DNA from: Octopus bimaculoides
Taxonomy: Eukaryota
DNA: 43,847 nucleotides
Direction: 5' to 3'
NCBI RefSeq assembly: GCF_001194135.2
Contig: NC_068996.1
Coordinates: forward strand, 35,735,181-35,779,027
Position numbers and translations under genes: made by a program. The notes beneath the pieces were generated by a model, which was not told the origin of the DNA, did not search any database, and was given only the letters and a program-made list of their open reading frames with translations. Of the stretch, positions 10,236 through 22,508 are shown in pieces. How positions within the stretch are numbered: the first letter of the stretch is position 1; each line of letters begins with the position of its first letter.

Positions 10236-10470
10236 TTAGCAGTATTACATTATTTACATTTGACAGATATTTGTCCTGATCTTGTTTGTTGTTAACACAA
10301 CATTTCGGCTGATATACCCTCCAGCCTTCATCAGGTGTCTTGGGGTTCTCATTCCTAAGGTATTTTTTGATGTTGTTTTTATTATTATTCAGGTCACTAC
10401 CTGGAATCAAACTCGGAATCTTGGGGTTAGTAGCCCGTGCTTTTAACCGTTACGCTATATGTGTATTATC
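10236..10470 (-). mobile_element. Solo Penelope-like terminal repeat (pseudo-LTR)
   Basis: Near-identical to 22780-23075, which directly follows a GIY-YIG ORF. Confidence 0.75.
10294..10339 (-). ncRNA. Minimal type-I hammerhead-ribozyme-like motif (degenerate)
   Basis: GACAC-CUGAUGA-A-GGCUG(10 nt)CAGCC-GAAA-U-GUU-GUGUU. Confidence 0.5.
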
Positions 10471-10811
10471 ACTCAGAACATAAAACCGGAAGAAATGCCA
10501 CTATGCATTTTATCCGACATGCAAATGATTTTGCCAGTCCACTGCCTTACTTGGCTGTTAGATATCAAATTATGTTAAGTGAATGTTACCTACATTATGT
10601 TATTTGATCTAAATTTAATCTTCCATACATAAAAATGAAGCTGAACAGAAGCCTTTTAGAAAACAAAAATCTGAGTTTAAGCAGTGATAGATAGTTCTAC
10701 ATTTACTTATATTAAACAACCTTGGACTGGTGGAGCCTCAATGTGGTTGTTTTAATGCTGGAAATAGCAGCCAGATGTACCTCAGATTGTATCCAATTAT
10801 TATAAAATTGA

Positions 10812-11055
10812 AGGACATGTTGGATATTGTAGTTCTAGGTATACTATATCTGAATAGAAGCTGGGATGGTCATGTCTGGAACATGATTATAGGTCTACTG
10901 GATCAGGATTGACCTGGGGCTAAGCAACAACGGACACATTAGGTAATGTAGTTTTAGATACACTGTGTCTGAATAACAGGTGGGGTAGTCATAACTGGAA
11001 CACCTTAGGTCATAGGTCAACTGGATCAGTGTTGACAATGGACTAAACAGCAGTT
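10812..11055 (+). repeat. Diverged ~120-bp tandem duplication of an interspersed repeat 3' end (family also at about 6335-6570, 8960-9160 and 11490-11700)
   Basis: Units start GGACA at 10812 and 10932, and both end in ...ACTGGATCAG...GAC...CTAA(G/A)CA(A/G)CA. Confidence 0.55.
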
Positions 11056-11371
11056 CTAGAGAGATCAAAGTCAATGTAAACCCTCATTTCAGGAACTGAA
11101 GTGAGAAAGAATAGATATACATCATCAGCAGTATCATCGACAATAACGACAGCAGCAGTGGCAGCATGAATGAATGAATGACTGTTTTCATGGTCTGTGA
11201 ATATCTAAGACAGGTTCTGTTAAAGAGAAGAGTAGCGATTGCTTAGGAGTAGAAGTAGGAGGAGGAGTTACAAGTATGTGTAGAGCAGTTAATGTCAGGT
11301 GTTGTAAGCTCTGTTGAGATGATTAAAGTGCACAGCTACTACTAGCATGGCTATGAGTTCAAATGCTGATT

Positions 11372-11394
11372 TTACTACTACTACTACTACTACT

Positions 11395-11465
<71 letters not shown>
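11372..11465. repeat. (TAC)n microsatellite
   Basis: Seen directly. Confidence 0.97.
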
Positions 11466-11466
<1 letters not shown>

Positions 11467-13306
11467 GTGTTCTCTCCCTGGGCTATGAGTTTCCCCTCCT
11501 CAACCTACTTGAAATAACACCTAAATTTACCTCAAACTAAACTCTATCCTTACTATCGTTATGAAAGAAATGGGGCGGGTTTGCGGGGAGGGGAAGGACC
11601 TGTTAGCTAATGTAGTTATAATTTTATTCATGACCATCTTTAAGTAAATAACATAGCCATTGATAGAATGTCTCTATTAGAGCTGACTTGGGACTAAAGA
11701 ATTTTGCATTAGTCTGAGTTACAAAAATATATACAAAAAAAAAAAAGATAAAAATAAAAAAACCCTACTATTTATTGTTTAAATAGATGGCAATGAAAAC
11801 ATTATAATAGAATATATAAAATGAACAATCAGACATTTGTCTAAGATTAATATCATCCATTTTAAAAATAAGGTAACGTAGATAAAGAAAACAAACAAAC
11901 AAAAAAAAACCCTTAATTTATCTGCCTCTATCATTCTGTTCAGTCGTGCAAAGAACTGATTGAGTTATCTCCCTTGTAAACTTTCCTAATGATTTCCAAA
12001 ACCACACTAAGTAAATTCCTACTCAACTTTTGATCCCTAACATTTAGACTCTACAATACCTGTGGTATACTGATGTCCTATTCAGGGGTTAGACACCCTC
12101 ACATCTATTTCATTCCAGGAAACTGAATTTCAAGCTATTAATTGTATTTTCATCTAAGCTAACCATTAAAAAAGAAAACTCCCACAAAACATAAAAAATT
12201 TACCTCCTAGTGTGACTGACCAATCATCTTTTATGAATAAAGACCGTGACTTTTGACATATTATTATTTCCATGATATTCCCAAGCTTTTCTTATAGCTG
12301 TATTCAAATGGTACCCAAATATGTGCCTGATACCAAAATACAGTGGGCCAAATTTCACATACAAAATAAATTTGATATGGTCCAGAGTTGTCAAAGACAT
12401 GCTTCAATTTTTCTAAAATTGAATAAAATATACAAAATAGCGATGAATAAACACATACTTGTACATGATGAGCAAAATGAATAATAATAATTATACTAAC
12501 ACCATCACCACCACCACCACCACCACCACCAAAATATAAATGAAATGTCAAGTGTTTTGGTGCATGAGTTTTGGCCCACCTTGTATAATGTTCTCAAAAA
12601 AGAAAAAATGTATCGCAGTGTCTTCTGTAATTATTGACATTCCTCAATATTCTGTGATCGGATTTGGTATCAGTGATGGGTGACATAATCAGTTCTATCA
12701 ACTATTCAATTTCAACAACAGTCTTAGATCAATGTAAGAAGTGATTGTTGTTGCCTTTCCATTTTTTTTGTCACCTGCATTCTTTAATGTAAGAAAAGCC
12801 ATTATTTAAGGTGGTGAGCTGGTAGAATCATTAACATGCCTGATTAAGTGTGATATTTCTTCTGTTTCTTTTTTTGTTTTGAGTTTATTTTCCACCAATG
12901 TCAGCTTTGCCTTTCGTCCTTTCAGATTTGATAAAAATAAAGTACGAGTTGAAAACTACTAGAGTCAGNNNNNNNNNNATTTCCATCTGTTAAATTCACT
13001 CATCAGACACTGTGTCAGAAATATATATTTTGAGTTCATTCCTGGCCAAAAAGCAAGTGTGTGTGTGTGTGTGTGTGTGTAATATGTAGGAATTGGAATG
13101 CTAAAAGATAATTAGTGAAATTTATCTCTCAGAAAGCAGTATTGAATATGAAAATGGAAACAGTGAGGTTAATAGCATCAGAACTACAAATTGTTTTGGG
13201 AGTAGATTTTTCGTCTTGGAAATCTTTAGCTTTATCAGTTCAGTAATTCACTTTAGGAGATTAGAGATTCTTCTGCTAAAAACATTCTGTTTATACCCAA
13301 TAACTG

Positions 13307-13422
13307 ATCCCATTGTTATTATTATTATTAGTAGTAGTAATAATAATAATAACAATAATAATAACAATAATAATAATAACAATAATAATAATAACAATAA
13401 TAATCATAATAATAATAATAAA
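13307..13422. repeat. (ATT)/(AGT)/(AAT/AAC)n compound microsatellite
   Basis: Seen directly. Confidence 0.95.
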
Positions 13423-13944
13423 TGCCCTGATGCAGTACCAGTCAGTGGCTCTCATGGCTTCTGATCTTAACTGATTGGAAATGCTATCATGTACATGTTT
13501 TGTCTTGGTATAAAAAATATTCTGCTCAATACTGTAGATTTGCTTGTCAGTTGCTTGACCTTAACCAGCTGAGCATGTCCCTTAGTGGCTGATGATATGT
13601 GCATCTCTGATCATGAGCAGAAGTATTGGGTGTGCATAATAACCATGTGTTGAGAGGAATTCTTTGGGGTTTGAATAATTCACCCCTGGAAACATGGGTG
13701 TTTCATTCAACATCCTTAAACATTCCTTATTTAGGGAACTTTTGAGTGGGATGAGCTACTTGAAGAAAATTCTAACTGGGCCCCACCTGCAAGGTCATGC
13801 ACTGTTTATCTTGATATAAGGTCACCATGTCATGCACAGATGATTGTCATGTATGTGCCTAGTGTACCCTTAGATGGATAGTCATGATTGGTATATTGGG
13901 CTTCATGTATTTGTACCCCAGTGTCACTTTATCCTCTCACTCAG
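13423..13944. mobile_element. ~520-bp unclassified interspersed element flanked by (AAT)n on both sides
   Basis: Higher-complexity block bounded by (AAT)n at 13422 and TAATAATAATAAT at ~13945. Family assignment is uncertain. Confidence 0.4.
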
Positions 13945-15212
13945 TAATAATAATAATTGTTTTGCATGGACACAAGGACACAAATTTTATTTGGGGTTGG
14001 GGGTTTAGTTTATTAAGTTGATCTCTAGGTTTTTGATTGAGACTTTATTTTATCAACCCTGGAAAGATAAAAGGCAAAGTTTACCATAGCAAGATTTGAA
14101 CTTGGAATGTAAAAAGATTCCATTAATGTCTGATGCTTTACTGATTCTATCAAATTCTCTTACTTTAGGGATGATGCCGTCCAATGCTTAACCTTTTGTT
14201 TTTAGTCTACTGTATTGGAATTTTGTCTGATCCTCTCTTGTCTGCCCAACTCTCTCTCTCTCTCCCACCCATTATTTGCTGATCTGTTTGTTTTAGAAAA
14301 TCGCATTGATTCTATTGTCTTGTCAGGAGATTAAGATTAATCAACAACATATTTAATCTTCCTCTAAGCAATTAATTAGGATATTAAATGCAGTTGTGAC
14401 TTTAAATCATCACCGTCCCAAACTTTGTATTAATTGTTCTATAATGAAGCATTTAGTGTGTTAATGAATTATTGAATAGTGAGACACATTGTCTCATGGA
14501 GATGAGGACTACTTTATGAAAGGTCAAAGGTTAAAATTCTGTTATGGTTCATGTTATTGATGTTGAGTAGTCTATATCAAACTAGATTAAAGTATGACCG
14601 TCCCATCTTTACAGGTGTATCCAGGAATATATTATCCATTATTTTTCTTTTCTCATGAAGAGAGGATTTGCTGAGGAATGTTTTGGCTGCTTTTTCTAGT
14701 AGGCGGAGAAACCATATAAAGGTTGCCTTCTTGCCTTGTGGCTGTCATGTTATTTATTTGAATAAAGTAGATTATTACCCTCGTTGTCTCAGTTTGTCTA
14801 AACACTCCACCCTGGTTGTTAGTTTTAAAATAATACCCTACTCCTGTTGTAAAATTACATTCTCCAGGAATTATTTAAATCTCTTTGGCCTCTTGAACAA
14901 ATGTCTTCCACTGTAGACTGGGTCAGTCAATGCCTTATAAGTGAATTTGTTTTCATGGAAATTGTGCAGAGGCCATCCATATATTTATGCAAGTGTTTGT
15001 GTGTTTGCTTTTCCCCACTTGACAACTGGTGTTGATTAGCTTATGTTTCCCTGACTTAGCAGTTTGGTAAACAGAGGCTGAGAGAATAAGAACCATACTT
15101 AAAAATAAGTACTGGAGTAATTTCTGGTTGACTTAAACTTTTCAAGGTGGTACTCCAGCATGGCTGCAGTCCGATGACACAAACGAGTAAAAAAAAATGT
15201 TTTACAAATTAT

Positions 15213-15640
15213 AGGCACAGGCATGGCTATGTGGTAAGAAGTTTCCTTTCCAACCACATGGTTCCGGATTCAGTCCCACTGCATGGCACCTTGGGCAAGT
15301 GTCTTTCTACTGTAGTCTTGGGCTGATTATAAAGCCTTGTGAATGGACTTATAAATGGAAACTGATAGAAGCACATTGTATATACACACACACACACATA
15401 CACACATGTACACATGTACACATGTGTGTGTGTGTCTGTGTTTGTCCCCCACCACCTCTTAACAACTGGTGTTGTTGTATTTATATTCCCTTAACTTAGT
15501 GGTTTGGCAAAAAAGACTGATTGAATAAATACCTCGCTTTAAAAAAAGTGAAGTACTGTGGTCAGTTCCTTTGACTAAAATTCTTCAATACTGTGAACCC
15601 CACCACAAGACTTGCACTCTAATGACTGAAACACATAAAC
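15213..15640 (+). mobile_element. tRNA-derived SINE, near full length (3'-half copy at 14995-15195)
   Basis: A-box TGGCTATGTGG, B-box-like GGATTCAGTCCC, CCTTGGGCAAGT core, internal (CA)/(TG) tract, tail TGACTGAAAC. Confidence 0.85.
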
Positions 15641-16239
15641 CACAAAAGACAATAGTTCCATCCATTCTGGCACTTATAGATACATACGTATTATTATAAA
15701 GCATTAATTATGTGAAGTTAATCCATTAACAGACCTCAAAAACCCACTGAACTTGTAGTAAACTCCTTCACTCTCTGTAACATTCAAGCAGATGAAAGAC
15801 ATGGGTAACATTTCCCAGAGGATGATCTGGTACATGTTGTAAGAGCCAGGTGACCTGCAATCCTGTGGAATTAAGTGTATTTGGTCAGAGAGCACCGGAT
15901 TATTAATTGCATAGTCACCACACAGCACAGTATCAGTTGTTTCCAAATTAAGTGGCTGGTGGTCATGGCCTGTTAAGTCACTTAATACTGTGTATCACAT
16001 TAGTTTGGTAGTATTTTAATTACTGGTTTAATCGGTGGAAGAGAACAATGAAACTACTGTTTAATTCATTTAGTGAACTGTTGAAACAGTGGTGAAAGAA
16101 GGACAGGCGATGAAATAAGCAAATAAGAATAAAAATAAAAATGCACTATCAGTGTTTTTCTGAAGGAGTTACAAGGTCTTTTATTCATCAACAACCTTGT
16201 TAACCATATTTTCTGTATAGTTGTAGAATAATAGATGTA

Positions 16240-16396
16240 CATACATACATGCATGCATACATTTATATGCACACACACATATATGCATGTATGTGTATTT
16301 ATTTATATATATTAATATTTGTATGTGTATATATGAATATATTTGTGTGTGTGTATACATGTGTATATATATATGTATGAATATATTTGTGTGTAT

Positions 16397-16433
<37 letters not shown>

Positions 16434-16439
16434 TATATT

Positions 16440-16535
<96 letters not shown>

Positions 16536-16956
16536 GATATGTATGTGTATATATATGTATGTATGTAATGATGTGTATATATATATATTTATATGTATAT
16601 ATGTATGTATTTATGTGTATATGTATTTGTGTGTATATATATGTATGTACATATTTTTATATATATATGTATTTGTGTGTATATATATGTATGTATTTAT
16701 GTATATATGTATTTGTGTGTAGATATATTTGTATATATGTATTTGTATGTACATATATATATTTGTGTATATGTATGTGTGTGTATATATATGTGTGCAT
16801 ATATTTACATGTATGTATATATGTGTGTATATATGTATGTGTATGTGTATTTACATGCATGTATATATTTGTCTATATGTGTATGTATGTGTGTGTGTAT
16901 ATATTTAAATATATACAACTATGTATGCGTATATATGTATGTATGTATATATATAT

Positions 16957-16998
<42 letters not shown>
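16240..16998. repeat. Compound (TA)n/(TATG)/(TGTA) low-complexity tract (second tract 17681-17975)
   Basis: Seen directly. Confidence 0.95.
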
Positions 16999-17001
<3 letters not shown>

Positions 17002-17680
17002 TAAGCACGACCTTCGAATATTAGGCCTCACCAAGGCAATGACTAGTGACCGAAACCTTTAGAAATATGCTGTGCTTGAGAAGACCGGCAAGCTAAGTGA
17101 GACCATAACTCGTGGCCTATGCCAGGAGTGTAACCAGCCCACTTATGCGTACCTTTCCTTCATTGGACACTAAACTCAACTTGCGACGACCTGTCGAGAC
17201 AAGTGAAATCGAAATCAAATTCGATGACTGACATCCATGCTAGTGGAGCACTAAGAGCACCATCTGAGCGTGATCATTGCCAGAGCAGCTGACTGGCTTC
17301 CATGCTGGTGGCACGTAAAAACACCATTCGAGCGTGATTGTTACCAGTGTAGCCTTACTGGCACTTGAGCCAGTGGTATGTGAAAAAGTATTTGACTAAG
17401 GTCGTTGCCAGTGCTGTTGGACTAGCTCCTGTACAAGTGGCATGTAAAAAACACCATTTGAGTGTGGCCTTTGCCAGTACCACCTGACTGGCCCTTGTGC
17501 TAGTGGCATGTAAAAGCACCCACTACACTCTCGGAGTGGCTGGCTTTAGGAAGGGCATCCATCTGTAGAAACTCTGCCAGATCAGATTGGAGCCTGGTGC
17601 AGCCATGTGGTTCACCAGTCCTCAGTCAAATTGTCCATCCCATGCTAGTATGGAAAGTGGACGTTAACGATGATGATGAT
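16999..17680 (+). mobile_element. 5'-truncated RTE LINE end: last codons plus long 3'UTR and (GAT)n tail
   Basis: [26 protein letters not shown], then ~100-bp internal subrepeats, then GGAAAGTGGACGTTAAC(GAT)n. Confidence 0.8.
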
Positions 17681-17831
17681 GTATACATGTGTATATATGT
17701 ATGTGTGTGTATATATGTATGTGTGTATATGTGTATATATGTATGTGTATTTATGTGTGTATATGTGTATTTATGTATATGTATGTATGTGTGTGTGTAT
17801 GTATATATATGTACATGCATGTATGCATATA

Positions 17832-17876
<45 letters not shown>

Positions 17877-18295
17877 TTTTGTTATTTACACCACCTGTCC
17901 TCGTCTGTTGTTATTTTTTGTATATTCTCCCATATATATATGCATGCATGCATATATCTGTATGTATATATATATGTAGGTTTTTAGATTAGACAACTTC
18001 ATTGGTCATCAAAATCAGCTGAAATATTATTGTTGTTTCACTCTAAGCCTGCTTTCATTGATGTAGACATACTGGCCACAATCGTCCTGACTTTTGTCCA
18101 AGCAACATATTATCTGAATGAATGGTACAGCTGTGTGGTTAAGAAGTTCAATTCAAAAGTTCATCATTTTGTTTCATTCACTCCCACTACATAACAACAT
18201 CATGACCGCTTGCCTTCAACTATTGATCTGTGCTGACCCATTCCTTTGAATAAATCTGTTGATGGAAACAAACTGTTGAAAGCCTGTCCTGTGTT

Positions 18296-18347
<52 letters not shown>

Positions 18348-19009
18348 GTGTGCATATGTTTAAATGATGATATCCCATTGTTTCACTGTAGCAAAAAAAA
18401 AAAAACAGTGAAATGTTTAGATTATGACTGGTTGCTTTGTGCTGACAAAGACTTGTGGAATTAGAACTCCCTTATTTGAAAAACTGGTACAGGTTAACAA
18501 TAGGAAAAGTATTCTACTCATTAAATCCTACCTCAAATACATCTTTGTCCAACCCATACTATCACACAAAAACACAGGTATTAAGCAGACCTATTTTTCC
18601 ATTCATCTTTTTAGGGTTGATACAAAAGAAAAAAAGTTGTACCATTTCAGTGTTTTGGATTGGCAGAATTGTAAGAATGCGGAACCACATGCCTTGTGTT
18701 ATATGTTCCAGCTTTTCACTCTCTGAGTTCAAATCCTGCAAGGGTCTACTTGCACCTATTTACTCGGTGCCTTAAGTACTTTTAGTAGAGTCTTCAATGC
18801 ATGTATTTATGCCAGATCTCTGGTTTGAAGATACTGTCTTCTCCTTCCCACTAATCTCAGAGACCCTGTAAAAGTTCAAGGACACGGCCCTTCCCACCTG
18901 ACTAAAAGGTATTTTTTTAAAATGGAGTAAAATTTTCAATGTTAGCTTTCTTCATAATCTGACAGAAACTGTTTTTTTTTTTAAATTAAAAAAAAATTTC
19001 TTTTCAGCT

Positions 19010-19482
19010 CTGTGGTAAGAAGTTTGCTTCTCTACCTCATGGGCCTATGTTTAGCCCCACTGCATGACACCTTTGGCAAGTGTCTTCTACTATAGCTCTT
19101 GTTTGACCAAAGCCTAGTGAGTGGATTTGGTAAATAAAAACTAANNNNNNNNNNNNNNNNNNNNNNNNNNNNNNNNNNNNNNNNNNNNNNNNNNNNNNNN
19201 NNNNNNNNNNNNNNNNNNNNNNNNNNNNNNNNNNNNNNNNNNNNTAATTGACGATTCCCTGCCCTGCATATCTATATATATATATGTATGTATATATATG
19301 TGTGTGTGTTTGTTCCTTGCCACTACTTGATGACTAGTGTTGGTTTATTTATGTCCCTGTAACTTATCAGATTGATAGAGTATGTAGCAGGCTTAAAAAA
19401 AAGTACTGCGGTTGACGTGTTTGACTGAACCCTTTCAAGGTGGTGCTTCAACATGGCTGCTATCCAATGACTGAAACAAGTA
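19010..19482 (+). mobile_element. tRNA-derived SINE containing an assembly gap
   Basis: TGTGGTAAGAAGTTTGC...GGCAAGTGTCTTCTACTATAG...ATGACTGAAACAAGTAAA. Confidence 0.75.
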
Positions 19483-20719
19483 AATGGTAACTTCAACTGC
19501 AATTAAAGAAGGCTTGAATAGAATTTCCTGCATTTATTTGCTAGTTAATAATGACATCAGTTTGTCTGAAGACCAAATCTTCAGTAATGTTATAATATTT
19601 CTTATAGCATATCTGGCTGTAGAGTCAATACCCTGGAGCTTATCCAAACTTGCAAGATGTTTAGGTTAAATTAGAGTACAAGAGTACTTTCTGAACTGGA
19701 TGTCTGTCTGTCTGTATTTATTGCCCCTCCTCCCCATCTGTTGCTGGTATTTATTTTCAGCTGAGTGGACAGAAGCATTTTGTTATGTAGTTCTTTGTTC
19801 AGTTTGGGAATTAAACCCAAGACCTCAAGTTCATGATCTCAACACTCTAGCCATAATGTCATGCACCTTCATATAATCATAAAATACCTTAACAAAAGAG
19901 AATCATTACTGTTTCTTTTGTTTCATTAACATTAATTTTTTTAATTGGAAATATAAAAACGCTCATGTATTGCATTGAAATTAGTTTGTTATGTTGACAA
20001 AATTAATTATTAATTCTTGCTATAATTCACACTCTAATTAAATTTGGTTTCAATAGTATTTTTCTGTAGTCAATAGAATGAAAATGTTAAACGAAATATA
20101 AATATAATAATAATTTTGCAATGTTTTTGTTTGAATAAATATTAAAATTTTGTTAAAAATAGCATGATGTAATAACTGTATTAGATATAACAGTATATTT
20201 TGAGATTACTCATAATTATGGTATACTGGAATTATTGCTATAATCATTATCAGTCTGGTTATAGTGTGTGGTAAAAATTAAAAAAAAAAGTCTGGCATGT
20301 GATCTGTTGTTGATTTTGTGTAATTTTTTTTTTTTGCTAAGTGCTGAGTATTGAGCAGTTTTTAGTGTTTGTTCATATTTTCTTAGTTTGTTTTTGTTGT
20401 TATTTTTTTAAAGTTGTTTCTCTAATTTCATGATTCTAGTTTCATGCAAAAATAAAACGAAATAAAACGAAGAAAAGAAACAAACAGACAAAAAAAAAAA
20501 ATTATTAGAAAAATTAAAGGGTTCTTGTTGCATTGGAAGCGTGGCAGTAAAAAGCAGGGTGAGATGCGAGGAATGGAATGGGGTAGGGTGGGATGAGTCA
20601 TCAGGAAATGAACTGTCAAATAACATCTGTGTGTGTTTGTGTGTGTGTGTGTGAAGGAAATATTTCTATTGAACTTCACTGAATGTTGGTGCTGGCATCC
20701 AGTGAATCCACCCTCTCAC

Positions 20720-21150
20720 CTCTTCTCTTCGATATTTACACTGGCGTAATATCTCTACGCTAGGATGCGTGCGTAGACACACTGCTGTGCACATGACAAA
20801 ATAGAATCAGTGTGTTGCAGTCGAAACCTTATCTAACGTTAGTCTGTTGCTGCACACAGTTAAGCATTTATTAATTTATTTCTTTGCTAGAGAAACCTGT
20901 CACCATCCGCGGTGAAGGAGGAGGTTTTCGGGAATGTTAACGTGATGATGATATATATAATGGTAAATAATTAAATTTATAAAAATAAAAAATAAAAAAG
21001 ATAGTGATTTCCTCTTTCGTGGTTTTGTTGACATATTTGCGATGCCGTACAGGAAGTGATTATGTACCAAACGAAAATACTGAGATTGTTCAGCTTACTG
21101 TTTGTTGACACCTCCTGAGGTTGAATGTCAGAAAAAAAAATCATTAGCGT
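20720..21150. promoter_or_regulatory. CpG-retaining non-repeat island with ETS-like CAGGAAGTG (21050-21058); candidate intronic promoter or enhancer
   Basis: About 16 CpGs counted in ~430 bp, versus very few in the preceding kb. Confidence 0.4.
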
Positions 21151-21454
21151 AAAAAGAAAAAAAGAAGAAAAATAAAGAAAAAAACTGAAGAAAAATTGTT
21201 TTTCAATAAGTCTATCAATGAGAGAGAACTATTAATAAATGTAACCGATTTTCTTTAATTTAGGCAGGTGTAACATTGGTATCAAGTTGCAATTGGTGCA
21301 AGTGACACGATTGTTGTTGGTTGGAAAGGTTGGATGGGAGGGTGGGGGAACACCGTCTCTTGTCCTCAGTGTCGCACTGTGATGTCACTATTGTAGAGTG
21401 TGATGTCACTGACTGCTCAATAATATACTGTGATAACACTTCACTGTGTCGCAT

Positions 21455-21750
21455 ATGGCTCAATGATTAGAGCATTGGCTTACAGTCTTGAGTTCTATTC
21501 CCAGACCCAGCTGTGTGTGTGTTCTTGAGCAAGACACTTTTTTTCACCTTGCTCCAGTTGACTCAGCTATAGAAATGAGTTGTGACGTCACTGGTGTCAA
21601 ACTGTATTGGTCTTTGCCTTTCCCTTAGATAACATCAGTGGTGTGGAAAGAGGGAGGCTGGTATGCATGGGTGACTGCTGGTCTTCCATAAACAACCTTG
21701 CCCGGACTTGAGCCCCAGAGAAGAAACTTTCTAGGTGCAATCCCATTGTC
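21455..21750 (+). mobile_element. SINE with GTGTTCTTGAGCAAGACACTT central domain
   Basis: tRNA-like head (GAGTTCTATTCCC) followed by a V/Meta/CORE-like central motif. Confidence 0.55.
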
Positions 21751-21754
21751 ATAT

Positions 21755-22040
21755 ATTACTTGTGATGTTACAGAGCATTCAGTTATATTCTGTGTTATCA
21801 CTGTAGCATAAATCATTTATGATGTTACAGCCCATCCAGCAGCAATTTGTGATGTTACTATCATAGATCACTCGTGATGTCGTAGCTTATTCAATAACAA
21901 CTTCTGATGTTACTGACACATTTGTGGTATCACAACCTGTTCAGTAATATACTGTTACGTTACTGTCATAGATCATTTGTGATGTCACTTTCATGGATCA
22001 CCTATGATAACAACCTACTTAGTCACAGCCTATGATACTG
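21755..22040 (+). repeat. Degenerate ~25-30-bp tandem array with recurring (T/C)(G/A)TGATGT(T/C)AC core
   Basis: About 11 cores spaced roughly 20-31 bp apart. Related cores occur at 21378-21440. Confidence 0.6.
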
Positions 22041-22508
22041 ATATTGACTTACAGAAAACAATTTATGACACAAGAAAAACCAATGAAGGAGCCTTTATGT
22101 GGTCAGTTGACAGGGTAGAAATAACAGCTAAATCAACATCAGTTCACATCTTATTGGTCCAAATAAAAAGGAGGACATACTGGACAGTGTCCTTCCTGAT
22201 ATACTATACTGACACTACATTGGTTACAACAATGAGGGTTCCAGTTGATCCAAACAATGGAACAACCTACTCTTGGAATTAACCTGCAACTGGCTGAGCA
22301 CACCACAGACATATGTACCCTTAGTGTAGTTCTCAGGGAAATTCAGCATGACACAGAATGTGACAAGGCTGGCCCTTTGAATTACAGGTACTACTTGTTT
22401 TTGCCAGCTGACTGGACAGGAACAACATAATAAAGTGTCTTTTTTAAGGGCACAGCATACTACTGGGAATTGAACTCATGGCTTACGATCATGAGCCAAG
22501 TACCTTAA

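Noticed and set aside
12200-12585. Possible Tc1-like end (TTTTGGCCCACCTTGTA)
   Set aside because: No matching second TIR or transposase motif could be confirmed.
15213-15290. tRNA-like A/B boxes
   Set aside because: These are SINE heads; no complete cloverleaf or acceptor stem, so not called as tRNA genes.
15704-15946. 80-aa minus-strand ORF in unique-looking sequence
   Set aside because: No recognisable motif or convincing splice sites.
19490-19670. Minus-strand EILFKPSLIAVE resembling the actin/ARP motif PExLFxPS
   Set aside because: A stop codon lies two codons upstream and the neighbouring sequence does not continue any actin similarity.
20941-21082. Possible C/D snoRNA (GTGATGA ... 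CTGA)
   Set aside because: No terminal stem, the interior is an A-rich tract, and there is no evident guide sequence.
21755-22040. CRISPR-like appearance of the core-plus-spacer array (also the 38-bp array)
   Set aside because: Eukaryotic context, degenerate cores, spacers too short or non-unique, and no cas genes.
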